A stretch of DNA of 64,000 nt from Squalus acanthias (taxonomy: Eukaryota). The stretch lies in NCBI GenBank assembly GCA_030390025.1, contig CM059431.1, positions 145,268,001 to 145,332,000 on the forward strand, in the 5' to 3' direction. Positions 22,561-31,577 of the stretch are shown here, piece by piece (position 1 is the stretch's first letter; every line of letters starts with the position of its first letter). A program made the position numbers and the translations under genes. Under the pieces are notes generated by a model. That model searched no databases and was not told the DNA's origin. It saw only the letters and a list, made by a program, of their open reading frames with translations.

Positions 22561-24166
22561 AATGCCGTCCCAGCACAGTGTTAGAGTTTGAAAATGACAC
22601 CCCGGGAAATGCTGGGTAGATTCAGTTTATTGCAGAATGACTGGAACCAAGTGAACTCAGAAAGTCCACCAGTGGGTGAAAGCCCTTTGCTCCGGGCTGT
22701 AAAAGCCAACATTCCCCTCTCGCAATCACTGGCCATGGCGGGAGCGGCTCGGCTTTGCTCAGAGTGGCCGGAGATCAGTGAATTCGGCGAAGAGGATCTG
22801 AGACCCATTGATGCTGGGGCTGAATTTCCATCAATCGACACTGGACCTCAAGGTCCCATTCAGCTGTGGACAGACTCCAAGAGCTGTGCCCATGGGTCGG
22901 GGATTTCTGGGACTATCGCCTTTTGTCCGGAATGGTCTGTCCGGAATGTTGCCTCTCTTTAAAGAGCCGGGAAAGAATCCTTCATTACCTTGCACTCCCT
23001 CCGTGGTCTGTGGGATCTACAGCCCGATCCTCTGCTGGGATCCAGTGCGTCGTCTCACGGGAGCAGTCACAACCATCAAGGCCTTTCTCACAGTTTTACT
23101 CCTGAGCCCTCAGCCCCATGGGATTAACTCTATGAACAGTAAGTTCAGGAATCTAATCCTTGTTAATCAGTAGTATTTCTCTATTTGGAGTTCCAGCTCC
23201 TACTCACTCCCCTAGTTTACCAGGAGTTCACTGATCAGATGTCCCTTCATTTCTTTGCGATGGTTGTTATTTCCACCATCCTGTGATCGCCTGGTCTGCA
23301 GCAGCGGTCGCGGTTTGTGGTTATAATGCTTTGTGTTCCAGCTGAATATTACGTTTGAATTTATATATTTCCAGTAATTGTTTGTAAATTATATTGAATA
23401 CAGCTGACATCTGATTCCGCTCCCGAGATCCCCCTCGCCAATTAACCCGATGAGATTAAATGTAAAATTCCATCGATTGCTCCCTGGGGCCGCTGTAGTA
23501 ACTCATCAAATTGGCTCGGTGCATCACATGGTCCTAGCCTCATGGCGGGATGGTTTCAGCGCTCCACACTGCAATGGAATGTGTGTTAGGATGTATGTAA
23601 GGCAATCCGCTTCTTTATTGTCTCTCGAATATGAACAAGTTACAGAACCAGCCAAGGATTCGCTTTAAGGGACTTTTATCTGTAACTGCACCGTCCCTGC
23701 GAGGTACTCCGGCTTGGCCTGGACCGCACAGTTAGACTGTGAATGGAGGCTCAGTCTAGTGTCAGGGGCGATAGTGATTGAAATGACAATCGGGAGAGAT
23801 GTATGATGGACGGCTGATCCAATGTCGCCGGTTTTACATTATCGCACAAAGTTAATATCCTCCTATATCAGTGCCTGGGTGTCTGTAGTGGTGGGGATCG
23901 CTCTCCGTGTCCATTCCCGATACTGAATCCGAGCGACCCTCCTCCCCGCGGCGCCTTGACAACGCCTGACTGAAGTATGCTGGAAGGATGGTCACTCTCA
24001 GTCCTTCTATAGTGAGTGTAGAATCTAACATGTCTTTTGAACAAAATGTCGACAACGCTCTCCTGTATTACAAATACTGGGAACACATCTCAACATTTCC
24101 CCACAATAAGCTGTGAGATTTATCTGAGTGTCACCGTTACTGACATTCTGCCCCTTTTTCTCACAG

Positions 24167-25068
24167 CGAACCTACTGAGAATGGTGATTCTCTCCAGAGG
24201 AAATTGTGGCCTTTGCAAAAGTATCTCTGTCTGCATGGTGACCATAGCAACAGCAGATCTACTGGTCATGATCTGCAATGTTTAGTGTATCAGATTTGTA
24301 CAAATCACTTTCCTCGGTCCTTCCTGTCCTACACTGCCGTTTGTAAGATCATTATTTACATCAATTCTACCAGCCTGGATATATCGCTGTCGTTTACAAT
24401 TTTGTTCACCTTTGACCGATTTCTAGCCTGATGTTGTCAGAAGTTTAAAACAAATTATTGCAGAGTGAGAACTGCGGCTGTGGCCATAACAATGGTCTCT
24501 GTCCTAATCTATTTACAAAGCATTCCAGATTTGTTTGTCTATAAAACTGATCGAATAATTAACAATATTAATTGGGTTGTTACCCCGGACTGGACTATTT
24601 TTCATCGCCTGCAGGTGTCGGGTTCTCCTGGTTACAAGGTATTTTAACGATGTGGATTCCTTCTGGTTTGATATTACTCTTTAACTGTTTCACAATCAGA
24701 CGTATTTTAGTGGCCAGTAGAGCCCGCAGGGGTCTCCGGGGTCACAGCAGTGAGAATCAGAGCGATCCAGAGATGGAGAGCCGAAGTAAATCCGTTCATT
24801 TTACTGTTCATTGTATCGGGCAGTTTTATAGTGTTGAGGCTGATAGCTGTCGTTAGTTTTTTAACTACCAGACTGACAAACACCGCGCACTACCGAGGCG
24901 ATTATACATCTCCTGCACACATCGCCACTGAAACCGGATATATGCTCATGAGCTCCTGTTCAAATAACGTGTATTTATGCAGCTACACAAAATAAATTCA
25001 GAGAAGAGCTGAAGAAGGTGGTGAAATCTCCTTGGACATTGATTCTGATATTGGTTAAATAAATGTAA
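24167..25068 (+). pseudogene. GPR139-like GPCR pseudogene (exon 2 only recognisable)
   Basis: Homologous acceptor cccctttttctcacag|cg; NLLRMVILSRGNCGL, ATADLLV, FTFDRFLA*, RRILVASRARRGLRGHSSENQSDPEMESR; multiple frameshifts and stops. Confidence 0.93.
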
Positions 25069-25312
25069 CATTAAGCCAAGGCTTCCTGTCCTTGCTAAAG
25101 TTCAATTACAGCCCGTGTTCAGTTTCGGAATGACCGTCTTTCTGTTGGGATGGAAGCCATTTGTTGTTGTGAAAATGAACAGGAATCAGAAAACATTTCT
25201 TCCAATTAGTGCCGGGTGTTTGATGTCTGCTGCTTTCCCCGGGTGAAAATAATCGATTCCCGCTAAAACAGCGCCCGTCCCGCTCAATATTGAAAGAGAT
25301 TTCCTGTAAATC

Positions 25313-25713
25313 CAAGTTGTTGTTGTAGTATAATTGATCAGAGATTGTTTGCTGAGCTCAGTCATTAAATCAAGTTGTTGTTGTAGAGTGATTGATCAGA
25401 GATTGTTTGCTGAGCTCAGTCATTAACTCAAGTTGTTGTTGTAGTTTAATTGATCAGAGATTATTTGCTGAGCTCAGTCAATAACTCAAGTTGTTGTTGT
25501 AGTGTAATTGATCAGAGATTGTTTGCTGAGCTCAGTCAATAACTCAAGTTGTTGTTGTAGTGTAATTGATCAGAGATTGTTTGCTGAGCTCAGTCAATAA
25601 CTCAAGTTGTTGTTGTAGTGTAATTGATCAGAGATTGTTTGCTGAGCTCAGTCAATAACTCAAGTTGTTGTAGTGTAATTGATCAGAGATTGTTTGCTGA
25701 GCTCAGTCAATAA
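25313..25713. repeat. 58-bp minisatellite, 7 copies
   Basis: Units start at 25313, 25371, 25429, 25487, 25545, 25603 and 25661; contains the palindromes tgatca and ctgagctcag. Confidence 0.95.
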
Positions 25714-25739
25714 ATCCATTATCAACAATAACAAGATGT

Positions 25740-26400
25740 TAATGAGGCAGGTTAATACGGTCAGAAAAAGCAAACCGAGCACTAGTGCTTATTTCTAGAG
25801 GAATAGAGTTGCAAAACAGCTGCGTTGTATTAAACTTGTATCGAATCTTGGTTGGACCACACTTGGAGAACTGCGCACATTACCGGTCTCCATATTATAA
25901 ACACGGATATAAAGACAATGGAGAAGGTTTAAATAAAGATTTACTGGGATGATACCAGAACTGACAGTGTATACCGATCAGGAAAGCTTTCCCTAGAAAA
26001 GGAAAGGCTGAGTAGTGATCTGAAAAATGCCTTTAAGATTATGAAAGGGTTTCATTGGTCGACGTAGGGAAGATGTTTCCACTTGCGGGGGAGACCAGAA
26101 CTTGGGACCAGAAATATAAGATAGTCACTAATAAATCCAATAGGGAGTTCAGGAGAAACTCCTTTACCCAGAGAGTGGTGAGAATGAGGAACTCGCTACC
26201 ACATGGAGTAGTTTACGCGAATAACAGATGCATTTAATGGGAAGCTGGATAGGCACATATGGGAGAAAGAGATGGAAGGATATGTTGATGGGGTTAAAGG
26301 AAGAGGGGTGGAAGGAGGCTCGTGGGGAGCATAAACACCAGCATGAACCTGTTGGGCCGAATGGCCTGTTTCTCTGCTGTAAATGCTACGTAATACTCTG
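25740..26400 (+). mobile_element. CR1 3' fragment
   Basis: MFPLAGETRT...FRRNSFTQRVVRMRNSLP; the 3' UTR resembles 58400-58600. Confidence 0.8.
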
Positions 26401-27486
26401 AAAGAACAGTCATGACTAAGTTTCAGCAGTTGAGTAGAACATGTGGGCATCAGCGTTAACTGCCTCACACCGCAGGTACTGGAATGAGTCGCTCAGTTTA
26501 ATTAATAGTTAAAGTTTTCTTTAGTGCCGAAACAATGTGTTACAATGGTGGTTAGTTGTTATTTGTATTTTAACTTTTATAAAATTAGGCAATACAGAAT
26601 TATATCGATTCCCACGTAGCGGGAGTGAGAGCAATGTATAAAACGAGCTGTTTGTAATGAGTCTTTGAATTTTTAAAAGCCTAAGATACTGAGCTGAGAA
26701 CCGTAAACTTTTGACTCCATCACCAACAACCATCATCAAATGTGGCTGTAATTTGTGCCTTTTAAGTGTGTGTTTAATGCTATTGCATGTACTGCGTGCT
26801 CAATAAACCGATGACACCTCACTACAAATTACAACCTTATTGAAAACCTTACTCTAACAATAGCCTCAGTGCTTTAAATGTGAATGGGCTTCATTTATTA
26901 ATTGTGATGAAGGGCGCCCTTTACCCGTCACTTTCGAACGTCCCGGATCATCCTGAGTTTTTCCAAAAGCCAAACGCCACATGGTTTCAGTCCCCGTGGA
27001 CCCCAAGCTCTACTAATCAGCTGTCATCCAGCTCCTGTGGGAAGTGATGGTGAGTTCTGGGCTATTCTGTTTAAGAGGCACGTTCACATTTCACTGGATT
27101 GAGCTGACCAACTCTATTTAAGGCACGAGTCAGATAGCAAGCAGGGATTTTAATTCCATCAGTCAGCGATGCATCTCAACCCAGCTCCAATCGTGAGAAT
27201 GCGATGTGTAATCAACCACATCATCTAATATCAACATGTAAAATTGAAAGCAAAAGCATGAAAAAGTTAACCATTGGTGTTCAGGAAAGACAGGGAAGGA
27301 AACAAAGGAGGTGGGGTTGCAGTATTGATTAACAAGAATATTACAGTGCTGGAGAGAAAGGATGTCCTGAAAGGGTCAAGGACAGAATCTATTTGCCATG
27401 ATGCGGAGATGCCACTCTTGTACTGGAGTGGACAAAAGTGAGAAGTCGCACAACACCAGGTTATAGTCCAACAGCTTTATTTGAAA

Positions 27487-27524
27487 TCACAAGCTTTCGG
27501 AGCGGCTGCTCCTTCGTCAGGTGA
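27487..27524 (-). ncRNA. Minimal type I hammerhead ribozyme motif (3' pLTR)
   Basis: Minus strand UCAC-CUGACGA-A-GGAGC-agcc-GCUCC-GAAA-GC-UU-GUGA: complete core, 5-bp stem II, 4-bp stem I, palindromic loopless stem III. Confidence 0.85.
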
Positions 27525-27838
27525 AGTAAAGGAATACAAATCGACAAAGCATATATAGATAGAGAACAATGCATGTGTAACGTACAATGGCAGACGACTA
27601 CATTTAATCCTCCTGACTGCCTTTTGTCACACCTCGGCAGATAAACAATCAGGTCAGCCAGGAAGGCACCACATCAAAGACATAGCAAGATACAACTGAA
27701 ACAATGAGGTGGGGTTACAGGGGTCTAATGTGTCAAAAGCTGCAGTCGGTATGGAAAACGATAAACTTAAAAATGTTTACTTATTTTTACTGGAAATCAC
27801 ATCTGAACAAGCCAACGACGATTCGAGTCTGGATGACT

Positions 27839-30517
27839 CTACGTCATGTATCGTGACATGAACCCAAGATCCCGGTTGAGGCCGTCCTCATGAGTGCGGA
27901 ACTTGGCTATCAGTTTCTGCTCGATGATTTTGCGTTGTCGTGTGACTCTAAGGCCGCCTTGGAGAACGTTTACCCACAGATCCGAGTTTGAATGTCGTTG
28001 ACTGCTGAAGTGTTTCCCGACTGGGATGTAACAATCCTGCCTGGCGATTGTTGAGCGGTGTCCGTTCATACGTTGCCTCAGTGTCTGCATGGTCTCGCCG
28101 ATGTACCATGCCGCGGTGCATTCTTTCCTGCAACGTATCAGGTAGACAACGTTGGCCGAGTCACATGAGTATGTACCATGTACCTGGTGGGTAGTGTCCT
28201 CACGTGTGATGATGGTATCTGTGTTGATGATCTGGCATGTCTTGCAGAGGTTGCCGTGGCAGGGTTGTGTGGTGTCGTGGTCGCAGTTATCCTGAAAGCT
28301 GGGTAATTTGCTGCAAACGATGGTACTTCTGAGGTTTGGCGGCTGTTTGAAGGCAAGTAGTGGAGGCGTGGGGATGGCCTTAGCGAGGTGTTCGTCGTCA
28401 TCGATGACATGTTGAAGGCTGCGAAGAACATGGCGTAGTTTCTCCGCTCCGGGGAAGTACTGGACGACTTAGGGTACCCTGTTGGTTGTGTCCCGTGTTT
28501 GCCTTCTGAGGAGGTCTATGCGATTTTTCACTGTGGCCCGTCGGAACTGTCGATCGATGAGTCGAGCGTCATATCCCGTTCTTACGAGGGCGTTTTTCAT
28601 CGTCCGTAGGTGTCCATCGCGTTCCTCCTCGTCTGAGCAGATCATGTGTATTCGCAGGGCTTGTCCATAGGGGATGGCTTCTTTAACGTGGTTAGGGTGG
28701 AAGCTGGAGAAGTGGAGCATCGTGAGGTTATCCGTGGGCTTGCGGTAGAGTGAAGTGCTGAGGTGTCCGTCTTTGATGGAGATTCGTGTGTCCAGGAATG
28801 AAACCGATTCTGAGGAGTAGTCCATGGTGAGTTTGATGGTGGGATGGAACTTGTTGATGTTATCGTGTAGTCTTTTCAGTGATCCTTTGCCGTGGTTCCA
28901 AAGGAAGAAAATGTCGTCGATGTATCTGGTGTACAGCGTTGGCTGGAGGTCCTGTGCAGCGAAGAAGTCTTGCTCGAACTTGTGCATGAAGATGTTGGCG
29001 TATTGGGGTGCGAATTTGGTCCCCATGGCTGTTCCGTGTGTTTGGGTAAAAAAATGGTTGTCGAAGGTGAAGACATTGTGGTCAAGGTTGAAGCGGATGA
29101 GTTGTAGGATGGCGTCTGGAGATTGGCTGTTGTTGGTGTTGAGTACTGAGGCTGTCACACCGATGCCGTCATCGTGGGGGATACTGGTGTAGTGTGCCGA
29201 TAAGTCCATCGTGGCGAGGAGTGTTCCTGGTTCAACTGGTTCGTGGGTGCTGAGTTTCTGTAAGAAGTCTGTGGTGTCGCGGCAGAAGCTGGGGGCTCCC
29301 TGTACAATGGGTTTCAGGATGCCCTCGACGTATCCAGAGAGGTTCTCACACAGGTCTCCGTTGCCTGATACGATAGGACGTCCGGGTGTGTTGGCTTTGT
29401 GTATCTTTGGGAGGCAGTAGAAGTCTCCCACGCGGGGAGTACGTGGGGTGAGAGCGCGTAGGATGCTTTGAAGGTCTGGATCAAAGGTCTTGATCAGTCT
29501 ATTGAGTTGGCGGGTGTGTTCTTTGGTCGGATCTGCGGGTAACTGTCTGTATTGTTCCAGGTTGTCCAGTTGTCGGTATGCTTCTTTGCAATAGTCCATT
29601 CTGTTCTGTATGACGATGGCTCCTCCTTTGTCCGCTGGTTTGATGACGATGTTGCGGTTGGTCTTGAGAGCGTGGATGGCGTTGCGTTGTGCTCGGGTGA
29701 CATTCTGGACTGTCTTGTGAGTGCGGCTGATGAATCTGGCGTTGATGCATCTCCTGACAGCTTGAGCATACATGTCAAACTTAGGGCAGCGACCCTCCGG
29801 AGGGGTCCAAATTGACCTGTTTTTCTTCAGTTGCTGCACTGCGGGTCCCTCTGTCTGCTGTTCTGGATCATTGATTGTCTCATTGGGTTTGTTGCTGACA
29901 TCTTGGGATTTGTGGAAGTATTCCCGGAGCCTCATTCTCCTGATGAGTTCCTCTGTGTCTGCCGCGAGACCGATGGGGTCCATTTTGGTGGTGGGGCAGA
30001 ACTTGAGCCGTAGGGCGAGAACTTCGATTTCGTCTGGTTGAAGGGTGTGGTCGGACAAGTTGACAATGGACTTCCCTGTGGTTGCAACCGTGTTACCGGG
30101 GGAGGCTTGGTTGCTACTGGTGGTGATGCCAAGTTTCTCAAGCTTCCTGTTCTTGATGCGCATGTAGGCAGCATAGTTCCGTTGCCTCGTCTGTTTGGCG
30201 GTGTCTCGTAGCTGGTCTGCTGTGTCCTGAGCACAGGCTGAGAGCATGGACTCTATATTGGTTTCGAGGTTGCGGTGTTTGGTGTAGAGCCTGTGTACGA
30301 GATGGTTGAGGAGTGTGCGAGAGGTACGATGGCAGAGTCTCTCAGCGTAGTCTGTGTTGTATGTCGACTTGAGTGGGTTCGTGATCTGTAGTCCTTTCGG
30401 GATCTTGTCTGCTTTCTTGCATCTCTGTAGATACTTGATGTCGGTGTCGATATGCGCGATCTTCTTTGCGATTCTCTCCACTTTGAGCCGGCAGTTTGTG
30501 GTGTCGATAGTGGCTAT
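27839..30517 (-). pseudogene. Penelope-like polyprotein (RT + Cys-rich linker + GIY-YIG endonuclease), ~892 codons, start ATG>ATA and one in-frame TAA
   Basis: IKPADKGG, LPKIHK..PGRPIVS, TMDLSAHYTSIPH, GTAMGTKFAPQYANIFM, RYIDDIF; TAA at 28469-28471, then the same frame continues through CHGNLCKTC, NVVYLIRC..WYIGET and GLNRD to the stop at 27839. Confidence 0.93.
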
Positions 30518-30604
30518 GATGCGGAGATGCCGGTGTTGGACTGGGGTGGACAAAAGTGAGAAGTCGCACAACACCAGGTTATAGTCCAACAGTTTTATTT
30601 GAAA

Positions 30605-30642
30605 TCACAAGCTTTCGGAGCGGCTGTTCCTTCGTCAGGTGA
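30605..30642 (-). ncRNA. Minimal hammerhead ribozyme motif (5' pLTR)
   Basis: Same motif with one stem II mismatch (GGAAC/GCUCC), about 90 nt upstream of the ORF start. Confidence 0.8.
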
Positions 30643-31376
30643 AGGAAAGGAATACAAATCGACAAAGCTTATATAGATAGAGAACAATGCATGTGAAGCG
30701 TACAATGGCAGACGACGACATTTAATCCACCTGACTGCCTTTTGTCACACCACGGCAGATAAACAATCAGGTCAGCCAGGAAGGCATCAAAGACATAGCA
30801 AGATACAACTGAGACAATGAGGTGGGGTTACAGGGGGTCTAATGTGTCAAAAGCTGCATTCGGTATGGAAAGCGATAAACTTTAAAATGTTTGCTTATTT
30901 TTACTGGAAATCACATCTGAACAAGCCAACGATGACTCCAAGGCTGCCTTCGAGACACACGACAACGCACAATCATCGAGCAGAAACTGATAGCCAAATT
31001 CCGCAGTTATGAGGACGGCCTCAACCGGGATCTTGGGTTCATGTCACGATACATGACGTAGAGTCATCCAGACTCGAGTCGTCGTTGGCTTGTTCAGATG
31101 TGATTTCCAGTAAAAATAAGTAAAAATTTTAAAGTTTATCGTTTTCCATACCGACTGCAGCTTTTGACACATTTGACCCCCTGTAACCCCACCTCATTGT
31201 CTCAGTTGTATCTTGCTATGTCTTTGATGTGATGACTTCCTGGCTGACCTGATTGTTTATCTGCCGAGGTGTGACAAAAGGCAGTCAGGAGGATTAAATG
31301 TAGTCGTCAGCCATTGTTCGTTACACATGCATTGTTCTCTATCTATATATACTTTGTCGATGTGTATTCCTTTACT

Positions 31377-31407
31377 TCACCTGACGAAGGAGCATCCGCT
31401 CCGAAAG
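31377..31407 (+). ncRNA. Truncated hammerhead motif at the end of the inverted segment
   Basis: tcac-ctgacga-a-ggagc-atcc-gctcc-gaaag, immediately followed by target DNA. Confidence 0.7.
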
Positions 31408-31459
31408 AATCTATTTGGTTAGAGTTAAAAAAAACAGTAGAGGTGCCATTACACTAATA

Positions 31460-31577
31460 GAAAGAAAGAAAAAATGACTTGCATATATATAATGCCTTTC
31501 CTGACCACTGGATGTCTCAAAGCGCTTTACAGCCAATGAAGTACTTTTGGATTGTAGTCACTGTTGTAATATGGGAT
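31460..31577 (-). mobile_element. SINE 3' fragment inserted in the CR1
   Basis: Reverse complement of the 8720-8828 tail: aaagaaag..gacttgcatatatataatgcctttc..caaagcgctttacagccaatgaagtac. Confidence 0.8.

Larger units (their letters stand above)
27396..31405 (-). mobile_element. Penelope-like retroelement (Neptune-like), full length, with pseudo-LTRs and an inverted terminal segment
   Basis: 12-bp TSD agaatctatttg at 27384-27395 and 31406-31417; direct pLTRs ~27396-27830 and ~30514-30938; inverted copy ~30936-31405. Confidence 0.95.

Noticed and set aside
21695..22591. 298-aa Cys-containing repeat protein on the plus strand
   Set aside because: Open only because the 93-bp unit lacks stops in that frame; non-ATG start and no plus-strand gene context.
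23132..23200. Possible exon 1 of the GPCR pseudogene (tttggagttccag, FGVP)
   Set aside because: No GT donor follows, there is an in-frame stop, and similarity is limited to four codons.
30518..30589. TTG-initiated N-terminal extension of the Penelope ORF
   Set aside because: It lies in the pLTR; the duplicate pLTR shows the real ATG at the position equivalent to 30517.
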